Made by a program: the position numbers and the translations under genes. The notes under the pieces were generated by a model that had not been told where the DNA came from, did no database searches, and saw only the letters and a list, made by a program, of their open reading frames with translations. From positions 1 to 64,000 of the forward strand of contig JBDLIE010000008.1 of the NCBI GenBank assembly GCA_039715015.1: a DNA stretch of 64,000 nucleotides. The letters are read 5' to 3'. This document shows positions 39,789 to 49,795 of this stretch, piece by piece (position 1 is the first letter of the stretch; each line of letters opens with the position of its first letter). The DNA is from Thermodesulfobacteriota bacterium (GTDB taxonomy: Bacteria > Desulfobacterota > Desulfobulbia > Desulfobulbales > SURF-16).

Positions 39789-41316
39789 TGACGCTATAAT
39801 CTTTGCTGACGAAGATCCGTTGCGGGTTGACGAATCTCCCCGTAAATCCTATCAGGAACCGTGGAAGGTCCTTGTTGTTGATGATGAAGAAGAGGTTCAT
39901 ACCATCACCACCCTGGTACTTCGTCAATTTCGGTACGATGGCAGCCCCTTGAAGTTTCTTCATGCCTATAACGGCGAAGAGGCCAAAAAGCTGATCACCG
40001 AAAATCCCGATATCGCCGTTATCCTTCTTGATGTGGTCATGGAAAAAGAGGATGCCGGCCTTGAGGTTGTTGAGTATGTCCGCAAGGATTTACGAAATTC
40101 CTTTGTCCGCATCATCCTCCGCACCGGCCAGCCTGGCCAGGCACCTGAAGAGAAGATCATCGTTGATTATGACATTAACGATTACAAGGAAAAGACCGAG
40201 CTCTCCTCCCAGAAACTTTTTACGATGATGCTCTCCTCCCTGCGCACCTACCGTCATATGCTGACCATTGACGCCAACCGGGCCGGGCTCAAAAATATCA
40301 TCCAGGCCTCGGCCTCCCTCTTTGAACAGCGTTCCGTCAAACTCCTGGCCTCAGGGGTGCTGACCCAGCTAGTCGCCATCCTGGGCATGAGCCCTGACGC
40401 CATGGTCTGCCAGGTGTCTGATATTAATAAGGAGGTCAGTATTGACACCATTGAGGTGCTGGCAGGCTCCGGGAGCTATGAAAACCTGGTCGAGAATGCG
40501 GTGTCCTGGGACCTTCCGGGTGATCTCATAAATGACCTGAACCGGGCCTGGGATCAAAAGAGTTGCCTCTGTCTTGGTGATCGCTATGTGGGATTTTTCC
40601 CTTCAGAGTCGGGGGTGGGTGTTCTCCTCTATTGCGAAGGGTGGGATAAGCTCGACGACCTGAGCAAGTCCCTTGTCGAGGTGTACTGCACCAATGTCCA
40701 TGCCGCCTTTGAGAATGTCCTTCTCAACCAGGAGATTGAAGATACCCAGAAGGAAATCATCTATACCCTGGGCGAGATTGCCGAGGCGCGATCCCTGGAA
40801 ACAGGAAACCATGTCAAAAGGGTTTCAAGTATCTGCCTTATTTTGGCCAAAAGCTGCGGCCTCACCCAGGCCGAGGTAGAGATGCTGCGGATGGCCGCTC
40901 CCATGCACGATATCGGCAAGGTGGCTATTCCCGATGGTATTCTCAATCATCCTGGTAAGTTGAGTGAAGAAGATTTTGCCACCATGCAGAACCACACCGA
41001 GATCGGTTCGGTGATGCTCAAGTCGTCACCGCGCTCCATTATGAAGGCTGCTGCCATTATTGCCCTTCAGCACCATGAAAAGTATGACGGTTCTGGTTAT
41101 CCAGAAGGTCTCAAGGGAGAGGATATCCACGTCTTCGCCCGTATCGTGGCCCTGGCCGACGTTTATGACGCCCTCAATAATGACCGGGTCTACCGCAAGG
41201 CGTTTCAGCCCAACGAGGTGCTGGCCCACATCAAGGAGCAGCGTGGCCTTCATTTTGACCCTGCTCTGGTGGATGTCTTTTTCGATAATCTTGAAAATAT
41301 CCAAAATGTCCATTGA
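39781..41316 (+). CDS. Response regulator with DUF3369-like region and HD-GYP phosphodiesterase domain
   Basis: VVDDE..LLDVVME..RTGQPG receiver; ETGNHVKR, MHDIGK, HHEKYDGSGYP. Confidence 0.9.
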   Translation: MLDDAIIFADEDPLRVDESPRKSYQEPWKVLVVDDEEEVHTITTLVLRQFRYDGSPLKFLHAYNGEEAKKLITENPDIAVILLDVVMEKEDAGLEVVEYVRKDLRNSFVRIILRTGQPGQAPEEKIIVDYDINDYKEKTELSSQKLFTMMLSSLRTYRHMLTIDANRAGLKNIIQASASLFEQRSVKLLASGVLTQLVAILGMSPDAMVCQVSDINKEVSIDTIEVLAGSGSYENLVENAVSWDLPGDLINDLNRAWDQKSCLCLGDRYVGFFPSESGVGVLLYCEGWDKLDDLSKSLVEVYCTNVHAAFENVLLNQEIEDTQKEIIYTLGEIAEARSLETGNHVKRVSSICLILAKSCGLTQAEVEMLRMAAPMHDIGKVAIPDGILNHPGKLSEEDFATMQNHTEIGSVMLKSSPRSIMKAAAIIALQHHEKYDGSGYPEGLKGEDIHVFARIVALADVYDALNNDRVYRKAFQPNEVLAHIKEQRGLHFDPALVDVFFDNLENIQNVH

Positions 41317-41435
41317 GTAAGATGGCCGGGGTTTTAGCTTGCTGCCCAGAAAATCTCTGATCTGCTATCATAGGAATTAACGATTTTTTTTAGCTGGCCA
41401 GTTCGTCACGGAAATAAAAAATTCCAGGAGAGTCC

Positions 41436-42794
41436 ATGCATATTGTATGTCCTGAATGCGGGAAAGACCATGCGGTTCCCGATGAAAAATTGCCGGCCCA
41501 GAAGTTTAATGCCATCTGCCGCGACTGCAAAGCCAAGTTTATGGTTGAGGTCGCTTCCTGCCTTGGTTGCGGGTCTAAAAAACAAGAAGGTCATCCTTGC
41601 CCCTGCGGCGTGGTGGAGCCGCAAAAAGATCTTGAGGTTGTCAAAACAGCCGAAGGTGCAAGAGAAGCTGTTCCAGCCCCCTCAGGCGTTGAACAACAGG
41701 ATGAACAACCACTTGAGGGGGTGAAAGAAGAGCCCCAGCTGCGTCCGGAATTCAACCAGACCCGCGATGAGCACACCCTGCAATTCACCGGCACGGGCCA
41801 GGAGTTTTTCCGGATCTGGATAGTGAATCTCTTTTTGACCATCATCACCCTGGGAATCTACGCCGCCTGGGCCAAGGTCCGAACCAGGCAATATTTTTAC
41901 AGCCACACCTCCTGTGCCGGCGAGCCCTTTGATTATCTGGCCGATCCCATGATCATCCTGCGCGGTAATTTGATAATCGGCGGCGGCTTTATTATTTACT
42001 CGATCTCCAATGCCTTTACGCCGCTGATCAGCTCTGTAATCGCCATGATGTTTGGTCTACTCTTCCCCTATCTGGTCTTTAAATCCCTGCGCTTTTTCGC
42101 CCGCAACTCGGCCTATCGTAATATCCGTTTTCATTTTCTGGGCAGTGTTGAAGAGAGCTATATTACCTATCTCCTCCTCCCCATCCTGATCCCTTTTACC
42201 TTGGGATTAGTTCTTCCCTACTGGGGCTATCGCCGCAAAAAATATTTTTTCGAGAATTTTGCCTTTGGCAGCCATCGTAATGCTTTCAGCGGCATTCCCG
42301 GCGATTTCTACAAAATTTACATGAAGGCCTTTCTCATTGTTGTTTTGCCGGTGATTGTTGTCTTTTCCATCATTGGCGGCATGGTCATGGCCATGGATGG
42401 CTCTTCTGGCGAGGCCATGTCAGGCGGCATGATCGCCCTTGTCGTCATTGCCTATCTGGGCTTTTTTCTGACCACTATTTTTGCCCAGCAATATGTCTAT
42501 GCCAAGACCACCAACTATTGCTGGAAATACTCATCCATGGGGGCGGTGAAGTTTCGTTCCACGCTTGACGCAGGTAAATTGATGTGGATTCGGATGACCA
42601 ACATCATCGCTCTCATCGTCTCCGCCGGCCTCCTCTTCCCTTGGACCAAAGTCCGCCAGAGTAAGTATATTTTTGAGAATCTCACCATCATCACCTATCA
42701 GGGGCTTGATGATTTTACCGCAGGCGAGGAGGATTCTGAAGATGCCTTGGGTGAGGCGGCCATGGATTTCTTTGATTTTGAGGTCGGACTCTAA
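41436..42794 (+). CDS. YjgN/DUF898 family membrane protein with N-terminal zinc ribbon
   Basis: CPEC..CRDC, then CLGC..CPC; FTGTG.EFFRIWIVNLFLTIITLGIY..WAKVR. Confidence 0.88.
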   Translation: MHIVCPECGKDHAVPDEKLPAQKFNAICRDCKAKFMVEVASCLGCGSKKQEGHPCPCGVVEPQKDLEVVKTAEGAREAVPAPSGVEQQDEQPLEGVKEEPQLRPEFNQTRDEHTLQFTGTGQEFFRIWIVNLFLTIITLGIYAAWAKVRTRQYFYSHTSCAGEPFDYLADPMIILRGNLIIGGGFIIYSISNAFTPLISSVIAMMFGLLFPYLVFKSLRFFARNSAYRNIRFHFLGSVEESYITYLLLPILIPFTLGLVLPYWGYRRKKYFFENFAFGSHRNAFSGIPGDFYKIYMKAFLIVVLPVIVVFSIIGGMVMAMDGSSGEAMSGGMIALVVIAYLGFFLTTIFAQQYVYAKTTNYCWKYSSMGAVKFRSTLDAGKLMWIRMTNIIALIVSAGLLFPWTKVRQSKYIFENLTIITYQGLDDFTAGEEDSEDALGEAAMDFFDFEVGL

Positions 42795-42796
42795 TC

Positions 42797-43846
42797 ATGC
42801 GTAGATCTGCCAGGCTCGAGTTCCAAGGGATTTATTTTGACGGCAGGAGCTCCCAGGCCCACGATGTGCTCTGTATTGTCGGCCATGACCAGGTAGTAAT
42901 CCGCAGTGTGGCCGGAGAGCAGATTGCCGACCTTCCTTTGGCAAAATGTATTCTGACGCCTCCCCTCGGGTCCAGCCGCCGTTTTTTGAAGTTCCCTGCT
43001 GGCCAACGGCTGCAGGTAGATGATCCGGAGATTCTCAGCTTTCTAGACGACCTCCTTCGCTCCCACCTTGGCCTGCAGTTTGTCCATCTCATAGAAAGCC
43101 ATTGGCGCCTTGTGGCGGCCAGTATGGCAGGGCTTGTCGTCTGCGTGTGGGCCTTCATGGCCTTTGCCATTCCCCATCTTGCCAAAAAAGTAGCCATGGC
43201 AGCTCCTGCTGGTTTGATGAACAGCATTAGCCATGACACCTTGGAGTTTCTTGATAAGCGTTTTTTTGCCACCTCCGATCTGCCCATGGCACGACAGGAT
43301 GAGGTGAAGAAAATTTTCACGACACTCTGTGATGATTTTGCCCCAACCCAAGGCTGTACCCTTGTTTTTAGGCAAGGGGGAAATATTGGTGCCAATGCCT
43401 TTGCCTTACCCTCAGGCCTGGTCATTGTCACCGATGAGCTCATTGATTTTTCAGAAAATAATGAGGAGATCGAAGGTGTCTTGGCCCATGAGCTGGTTCA
43501 TGTCCAGGCCCGTCATGGTCTGCGCCATGTGATCCAGCAGGCCGGGGTCTTCATGGTGATTTCCACCCTGCTTGGCGATATGGCATCTTTAACCTCGTTG
43601 GGTTCTGCCTTGCCGATGATGCTTGTTGAGTCAGGGTATTCCAGAAGGTTTGAAGAAGAGGCTGATGAACATGCCTGCCTCTATTTTTTAGAGAGGAACC
43701 GAAGCGTTCAGCCCTATAAGGACATGCTCTACCGCCTCACCAAAGACAAGCAGTTGCCCGCCGTGGCCAGTTTCCTTGCCAGCCATCCTGATCCGGATAA
43801 ACGGTTGCTGGCCATTGAGGAACTGGAAACCAACTATGGCCGCTAA
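42797..43846 (+). CDS. M48 family metallopeptidase
   Basis: YFDG N-terminus; NAFALPSG, AHELVH (HExxH), YSRRFEEEAD, SHP; usual partner of DUF898 proteins. Confidence 0.9.
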   Translation: MRRSARLEFQGIYFDGRSSQAHDVLCIVGHDQVVIRSVAGEQIADLPLAKCILTPPLGSSRRFLKFPAGQRLQVDDPEILSFLDDLLRSHLGLQFVHLIESHWRLVAASMAGLVVCVWAFMAFAIPHLAKKVAMAAPAGLMNSISHDTLEFLDKRFFATSDLPMARQDEVKKIFTTLCDDFAPTQGCTLVFRQGGNIGANAFALPSGLVIVTDELIDFSENNEEIEGVLAHELVHVQARHGLRHVIQQAGVFMVISTLLGDMASLTSLGSALPMMLVESGYSRRFEEEADEHACLYFLERNRSVQPYKDMLYRLTKDKQLPAVASFLASHPDPDKRLLAIEELETNYGR

Positions 43847-43868
43847 ACCATTTTGATAAGTGGTTTTT

Positions 43869-43945
43869 GTAGGAGCCGCCCCTGGGGCCGATAAATCACT
43901 ATTGTACCAGGAGCTAGCCAATCGCCCCCAGGGGCGGGTTCCTGC
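43869..43945. repeat. REP doublet, locus 2
   Basis: GTAGGAGCCGCCCCTGGGGCCGAT and, on the minus strand, GCAGGAACCCGCCCCTGGGGGCGAT. Confidence 0.75.
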
Positions 43946-43987
43946 AATAATATCTTTCTGCCTGAGAACAGAGTATAATGAGGAAAC

Positions 43988-44027
43988 AAAAAAGGGGGCG
44001 CGGCAATCATGCCGCGCCCCCTTTTTT
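43988..44027. terminator. Bidirectional intrinsic terminator between convergent genes
   Basis: A6-GGGGGCGCGGCA-loop-TGCCGCGCCCCC-T6. Confidence 0.85.
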
Positions 44028-44050
44028 GGGGAAAAATATAAATACTATTT

Positions 44051-44881
44051 CTAGCTGGAAGCTTTGTCCAGCTTAGACGAATCGATGTTGGTTTCAGGGC
44101 CAAGTGGGTCATCAAGGGGATCATCCAGGCTAAAGAGCATGTCTCCCTCAAGATCAGGCATGGTGCGGCCAAGGTCATTAAGGCCTTCTGTGGCAGAGTT
44201 GCCTGAAGATGCCGCCGGCGCTACTGAGCCATCATCGCCTATCTCAGAGAGATCAATCTTTTCATATAGGTTGCCTAGATCCACCTCAGGTTCTTTGGGA
44301 ACAGCGCTGAACACGGGTTCTTTTTCCTGTCCAGGGCCAGGGTCTGCGCCACTGCCAATATCGCCAATAATGGAAGGCTGCGGGGCAGGTTCCTCAACCT
44401 GTGGTTGCTGAGGGGCGCGAGTGGCTTGGCCGCTGGCAGGGTATTGGCTTTCCAGCCGATCCATGTGGGATGAGAGAAAGGCCTTGAGGTCATCCTTGAG
44501 CTTCTGCTTTTCAAGGATAAGGGAGCTAATGTGTTCCTTGAGAGAACTCTCCTCCTCTTTTGCCGAATTGAGTGACGCTTCTACCTCAAGGCGGGCATTT
44601 TCCTTAAGGACATGGGCCTCTTGTTGGGCCTTGGCTTGCATTTCATCGGCGATGGTCTGGGCCGAGATGATAGCATTTTTAAAGGTGCGTTCCTGGGACT
44701 GGACTTGGTCCCTTTCGCCCTGGATGGCAGCCATCTCATTCTTTAATTTTTCGTTCTCTTTGACCAGGACAAGATAGTTTTCGGCGACCTTTTCAAGGAA
44801 AACATCCACTTCATCGACATCAAAGCCGCGAAAGCGTACATTAAACTGTTGGTTCTGAATGTTTTCCGGGGTAAGCAGCAT
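44051..44881 (-). CDS. DivIVA-domain coiled-coil protein
   Basis: LTPENIQNQQF..FRGFDVDEVDVFL; coiled coil; acidic low-complexity tail; follows yggT. Confidence 0.88.
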   Translation of the reverse strand: MLLTPENIQNQQFNVRFRGFDVDEVDVFLEKVAENYLVLVKENEKLKNEMAAIQGERDQVQSQERTFKNAIISAQTIADEMQAKAQQEAHVLKENARLEVEASLNSAKEEESSLKEHISSLILEKQKLKDDLKAFLSSHMDRLESQYPASGQATRAPQQPQVEEPAPQPSIIGDIGSGADPGPGQEKEPVFSAVPKEPEVDLGNLYEKIDLSEIGDDGSVAPAASSGNSATEGLNDLGRTMPDLEGDMLFSLDDPLDDPLGPETNIDSSKLDKASS

Positions 44882-44924
44882 GGTAGTCATCTCTTTCATC
44901 TCCCAATGATAATCGTCGGCCTGT

Positions 44925-45227
44925 TCAGCCAACAGCAGCGGCTATGTAATAGAGAGTTTTTACAAGAAAATCTTGCAGGAAAATAATAACAAGCATAACC
45001 AGCAAAGGCGAAAAATCGATGCCGGATGTGTAGGTAAAAGGCAGGAGCTTGCGGACCCGGTAAAGAACCGGCTCAGTGACATTGTGGAGAAAACGGACAA
45101 TAGGGTTGTAAGGATCAGGGCTTACCCAGGAGATAATGGCCCGGGCCAGCAAAATGATCATGTAGGCGTTAAGTACGAAGTTTACCAGACCGGCAACAGC
45201 TTGTAAGAAAATCCTGATAATAGCCAT
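44925..45227 (-). CDS. yggT: YggT family membrane protein
   Basis: SWVSPDPYNPIV..TEPVL..R..IDFSP. Confidence 0.92.
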   Translation of the reverse strand: MAIIRIFLQAVAGLVNFVLNAYMIILLARAIISWVSPDPYNPIVRFLHNVTEPVLYRVRKLLPFTYTSGIDFSPLLVMLVIIFLQDFLVKTLYYIAAAVG

Positions 45228-45277
45228 AGATCAGTGAAAAAGAGGGTTGTTCTGCCTGCAGAGTTTTGTTGGGGCTG

Positions 45278-46042
45278 CTAGATGCCTTCCTGCTCCAGAA
45301 GTTGGCTGGCGATCACGCGGATGGCCTTGGCTGCCTGGCAATCAGGTGCGGCAAGCAGGAAGGGTTTCTGGCTGCGAATTGCCTCTACCACCTTGCTGTC
45401 CTTTGGAAGCGGCCCTAAATAGGAGGGGATTTCCTGTAAAAATTGTTTGAGCACCGTGGCCATATTGGTGTAGGTGCTCATTGCTTCCTTTTTACTTTTA
45501 ACATTGTTTACTACGAGTTGAAACCCCTTTTTCCCGTGGCGCGAGGCAAGGACCTTCATCAAGGCATAGCCGTCAGTAAGGGATGTCGGGTCCGGGGTAA
45601 GGATGATGATATTGGCCTGGGCCCACTGGTTGAACCAGAGGACAGAGTCGCCGATACCTGCGGCAGTATCAACGAGAACAAGATCAAAGTCTTTGATGAT
45701 AGCGTCTAAGACGTTAGTGAGAAGGTGCTGGTCCTCATGGCTTAAACCAGCCATCTCAGGGACGCCGGAACTTGCCGGCAGGACAAAGAGATTTTGCTGG
45801 ACCTCAAGGATGATGGAGGCGGGGTCGCGGCCATCCTCCACTGCTTCACGGATGGTATGGTCCACCTGCAGGCCCAGGACCACGTCGACATTACCCAGGC
45901 CCAGATCGCCGTCGATCAGAAGGATTTTGGCCCCCCTGTCCGCAAGAGCTGCGGCTAAATTGACTGAAAAGGTGGTTTTCCCTACCCCGCCTTTGCCGCT
46001 GCTGATGCAGAAAATAGGGGGCGTTTTTTTTGCGCTGCTCAT
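45278..46042 (-). CDS. MinD/ParA family ATPase (FlhG/FleN-like)
   Basis: SGKGGVGKT, DGDLGLGN, DTAAGI, PDPTSLTDGY. Confidence 0.88.
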   Translation of the reverse strand: MSSAKKTPPIFCISSGKGGVGKTTFSVNLAAALADRGAKILLIDGDLGLGNVDVVLGLQVDHTIREAVEDGRDPASIILEVQQNLFVLPASSGVPEMAGLSHEDQHLLTNVLDAIIKDFDLVLVDTAAGIGDSVLWFNQWAQANIIILTPDPTSLTDGYALMKVLASRHGKKGFQLVVNNVKSKKEAMSTYTNMATVLKQFLQEIPSYLGPLPKDSKVVEAIRSQKPFLLAAPDCQAAKAIRVIASQLLEQEGI

Positions 46043-46047
46043 AGACT

Positions 46048-46347
46048 TTAACCGTTGAGAAATTTAAAGAGCTGGGCCCGTTCTTCCACAGTGACCTGGC
46101 AATCGATAGTGCTTTGGCCTGCGGGGGCTTGACAGTTTTCCGTTTGATCATCCGAAACAGGTGGAGCAGTTTGCTCATCGTGGAGCTCGGCAGCCTTATT
46201 CTTCAGGAGGCTGCATTGCTCGGAGGCGGCAATTCCTTCAGCAAAGAGGAGAAGGCCCTTGCTGGCCGGCAGGATGTGGGCCTTAATGCCATGCTCTTTG
46301 GCGCCATTGAGAACGGACTCAAGAAACTTGCTTGTAAGTATCGCCAT
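46048..46347 (-). CDS. Hypothetical protein
   Basis: 99-aa ORF ending 5 nt before the MinD-like gene on the same strand. Confidence 0.5.
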   Translation of the reverse strand: MAILTSKFLESVLNGAKEHGIKAHILPASKGLLLFAEGIAASEQCSLLKNKAAELHDEQTAPPVSDDQTENCQAPAGQSTIDCQVTVEERAQLFKFLNG

Positions 46348-46462
46348 TTCAGGATGTGGGCAAATGTATTGAGAGGTAGAAAAAGATTCTCTGGCCAGCG
46401 ACCAAAATAAACCGCCAGGCCAGTGAGTGGCCTCCCCTTTTATGGGGACGGATAGTGTCTGA

Positions 46463-46793
46463 CTATCCGGGAAATTTGTGCTGCTTGCTGTTCGCCTTCT
46501 TTGTTTTGCCGAACCATGTAATTGAAAACTCCGGATAATATTTTATCATGCATTTAGGGCACACGCTATGGCTGAATTCTGCCTCTGAATGATTACGGAT
46601 ATATTCTGCCATTTGATTCCAGCAGCCTTCGTCTCTTTCCAGCGTTGTGGCCATGGATACCAATACAGTGAGAGTTTTCAAAGATACAAGGGTGATCGCG
46701 GCTAACTATGCCGATATCTTCATCAATAGCATTGAGAACAGTTTCATAATTGCTGAAATTCTCAATCTCTTTGAAGGGTTGCTCTGCATCCAT
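46463..46793 (-). pseudogene. Remnant of a PAS-domain signalling protein
   Basis: PAS-like start (YETVLNAIDEDIGIVSRD) in one frame; C-terminal RDEGCWNQMAEYIRNHSEAEFSHSVCPKC motif in another; middle missing. Confidence 0.6.
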
Positions 46794-46812
46794 AGATGCC
46801 CCTGCTTGCCGG

Positions 46813-48720
46813 TCAGGCCACCCGTGAACCGGGGGCAACGGTGTCGGCAACGGTGGAGAGAACAAGCCGGTCGCCATCCTTGGCAGCCAGAACCATGCCC
46901 TGGGAGGGGACACCCATGAGTTTGGCGGCCTTGAGGTTGGCAACGATAATGACCCGCCTGCCTGGCAGATCGTCAGGTTGATAATATTCGGCAATGCCGG
47001 CAACAATGGTTCGTTCTTCCGGGGCCTTGACAGTAAGCTTGAGCAGTCGGTCAGATTTCTTGATTTTTTCTGCGGCGATAATTTCCGCCACCCGTAACTC
47101 CACCTTGCCGAACTCCTCAAAGGTGATAACCCCTTCAAGTTCTGTCTTCTTGTCCTTGCCGGGCTTGGCCTTTTTCTTAGCGGCCTGTTGCTTGCCCTTT
47201 TTCTTCTCCATGCGCGGGAAGAGGGGTTCGGGCTTGGCAATGGCGGTGCCGGGGGTGAGTTTCCCCCACCTGGCCAGGCTGGCCAGGTCGCCCTCAACCT
47301 CAATACCAAGTGCGGCCCGCATCTTAGCAGCTGTACCCGGCATAATCGGCTCCACAGTCAGGGCGAGAATGCGCAAGGTCTCCAGGAGATAGTAGAAAAC
47401 TGTATCCAGATGTTTCGTTTGCTCTTCGTCCTTGACCATTTCCCAGGGAGCATTTTCAACAATGTACTTATTGGCCTTGCCCACCACCTCCCAAACGGCC
47501 TGCAGGGCCAGGTGGAATCGAAAATCGGTCATCTCTTTGCTGTAGGTTTCCACCATGGCGGTGCAGGCATCGGCCAGGGCCGCGTCGATTGGCCGGGGTT
47601 CAGCCGGTTCAGGCACCTTGCCATCAACAAATTTACCCACCATGGTAAGGGAGCGGGAAAAAAGGTTGCCCAGGTCATTGGCCAGGTCAGAATTCTGGCG
47701 GGCCACCACAGCCTCTGCCGAAAAAGATGAGTCCAAACCAAAGGACATGTCGCGCAGCAGGAAGTAACGCACCACATCAACGCCAAACTCCTCCACCATC
47801 TCCTTGGGGCGCACTACATTGCCCAGGGATTTGCTCATCTTGGCCTCACCCATGTTCCAGTAACCGTGGACATGGAGTTTTTTGTAAGGCTCAAGTCCCA
47901 TGGCTTTAAGCATGGTGGGCCAGAAGATGGCATGGGGCTTGAGGATGTCTTTGGCGATGACATGCTCGGCCACTGGCCAGTAAGTGGAAAATTTCCCATC
48001 GTCCGGATAGCCCAGACCGCTGAGGTAGTTGATCAGGGCATCAAACCAGACATAGGTGACAAACTTGTCGTCAAAAGGCAGTGGGATTCCCCAGGTCAAA
48101 CGGCTGGTGGGCCGCGAGATGCAGAGGTCATCCAGGGGTTCGCTCAAAAAGGAGAGCATCTCGTTTTTGTAGCGTGCCGGGGTGATGAAATCTGGATTAT
48201 TGTTGATATGATCGATGAGCCATTGCTGGTACTTGCTCATCTTGAAAAAGTAGTTCTGCTCGCGGATCTTTTCCGGCGGTTTGCGATGGTCTGGGCAATT
48301 GCCCTCCACCAGCTCCTTTTCGGTGAGAAAGCGCTCGCAGCCTTGGCAGTAGAGGCCTTCATATTCGCTGAAATAGATATCGCCCTGGTCATAGACCTTT
48401 TGGAGGATGTTTTGGACGTTGTTGATATGATCGCTGTCAGTGGTGCGGATGAAGTTGTCAGGCGCGATGGCCAGTAGTGGCCAGGAATCGCGAAACAGGG
48501 AGCTTATCCGGTCGACATACTCCTTGGGAGATTCGCCGGCCCCTTCCGCTGCTTGAACAATCTTATCGCCATGCTCGTCCGTGCCGGTCTGGAAGCGGAC
48601 ATCGTCACCGCATAATTTCCGGAAACGGGCGTAGGTGTCAGCAACAATGGTGGAGTAGGCGTGGCCCAGATGGGGCTGGGCATTGACATAAAATATAGGG
48701 GTGGTGATATAGGTGGTCAT
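46813..48720 (-). CDS. metG: Methionine--tRNA ligase with C-terminal tRNA-binding domain
   Basis: YITTPIFYVN..HLGH, GTDEHG, YVWFDAL, KMSKS; C-terminal OB fold (SQGMVLAA). Confidence 0.98.
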   Translation of the reverse strand: MTTYITTPIFYVNAQPHLGHAYSTIVADTYARFRKLCGDDVRFQTGTDEHGDKIVQAAEGAGESPKEYVDRISSLFRDSWPLLAIAPDNFIRTTDSDHINNVQNILQKVYDQGDIYFSEYEGLYCQGCERFLTEKELVEGNCPDHRKPPEKIREQNYFFKMSKYQQWLIDHINNNPDFITPARYKNEMLSFLSEPLDDLCISRPTSRLTWGIPLPFDDKFVTYVWFDALINYLSGLGYPDDGKFSTYWPVAEHVIAKDILKPHAIFWPTMLKAMGLEPYKKLHVHGYWNMGEAKMSKSLGNVVRPKEMVEEFGVDVVRYFLLRDMSFGLDSSFSAEAVVARQNSDLANDLGNLFSRSLTMVGKFVDGKVPEPAEPRPIDAALADACTAMVETYSKEMTDFRFHLALQAVWEVVGKANKYIVENAPWEMVKDEEQTKHLDTVFYYLLETLRILALTVEPIMPGTAAKMRAALGIEVEGDLASLARWGKLTPGTAIAKPEPLFPRMEKKKGKQQAAKKKAKPGKDKKTELEGVITFEEFGKVELRVAEIIAAEKIKKSDRLLKLTVKAPEERTIVAGIAEYYQPDDLPGRRVIIVANLKAAKLMGVPSQGMVLAAKDGDRLVLSTVADTVAPGSRVA

Positions 48721-49688
48721 TTCTTCTTTCCTCGTTGTTTGCCATTCTTATCTGAGGAATTTTTTTGTTTTTTGTCTTGCCGGGGTTTTTTGCTTCTGTT
48801 TTGCTGGCGCATCTTCTGGGCCAGAGGCTCCCAGGTGGAGCGCGGCAGGTCAATGGTTGCAGAGCGGTCTTCCGAGTCAAGGACGGTGATCGATTCTTCA
48901 AGGACGTTATGCTTGATCACCTTCATGGGCTTGTTGTCGATGGTGATGATTTTCCCGCAGCGCGGCATTTTTCGTCTGATTTCCTTGTACATGGGAAATT
49001 CATAGGTAAGACAGCAGAGCAGGCGGTTACAGATGCCGGAGATTTTGGAGGGGTTGAGGGGCAGGTTCTGCTCCTTGGCCATCTTAATGGAAACAGCGGC
49101 AAAATTATCAATGTAAGAGGAGCAGCATAACTCCCGGCCACAGCTGCCCAGGCCGCCGATCATTTTTGTCTCGTGCCGGACACCTACCTGGCGCATCTCC
49201 ACCCTGGTTCTAAACTCCTGGACCAGATCTTTGACCAGGGCGCGAAAGTCCACCCTGTTTTCTGCGGTGAAATAGAAGATGATTTTGCTGCCATTAAAGA
49301 AGCGTTCAACCTTGATGAGCTTCATGGCCAGGCCATGTTTTTTGATGAGTTCGACGCAGGACTTGAAGGCCTCCCCCTCCTTTTCCATCAGACGGGCATA
49401 CTTCTCCCTCTCATCAACGTTGCAACGCCGTTGGATTTTTAGGGAAGGTTTGAGGCCGGCAAGTTTGCCTTCAAGAACAGGCTGGGGGCCCAGGCCAACA
49501 ATGGTGGCGGGTTCCGGGCCGTGATCGGTCACCACCATGACATCTTCATCGCTATGAAGGTCCTGGAGCTTGGCTCCGGCGGTAAAGATTTGATCGTGGG
49601 CGCGAAAACGGACCTTGTACCATCTGTCAGATGGTTCCGGTGGCTGCTCTGGTTTTTCGGGGCCCTGGGATTCTGCTGTTTGGGTCAT
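48717..49688 (-). CDS. PSP1-domain / RicT (YaaT)-like protein
   Basis: FYFTAENRVDFRALVKDL, GGLGSCGRELCC, KISGICNRLLCCL; between holB and metG. Confidence 0.9.
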   Translation of the reverse strand: MTQTAESQGPEKPEQPPEPSDRWYKVRFRAHDQIFTAGAKLQDLHSDEDVMVVTDHGPEPATIVGLGPQPVLEGKLAGLKPSLKIQRRCNVDEREKYARLMEKEGEAFKSCVELIKKHGLAMKLIKVERFFNGSKIIFYFTAENRVDFRALVKDLVQEFRTRVEMRQVGVRHETKMIGGLGSCGRELCCSSYIDNFAAVSIKMAKEQNLPLNPSKISGICNRLLCCLTYEFPMYKEIRRKMPRCGKIITIDNKPMKVIKHNVLEESITVLDSEDRSATIDLPRSTWEPLAQKMRQQNRSKKPRQDKKQKNSSDKNGKQRGKKK

Positions 49689-49795
49689 GGCTATATATGG
49701 GAACTGAAACCGGAATGAACTCAAAGAGTTGCCGGACAGCAACCTTTGGATTCCTCTTGGTGTCACATTCTAAGGTGTCTGTTAAACATCAACCA

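Noticed and set aside
46593..47309. 238-aa minus-strand ORF overlapping the metG 3' end
   Set aside because: It is mostly an alternative frame of metG; only the last ~66 codons belong to the PAS remnant annotated separately.
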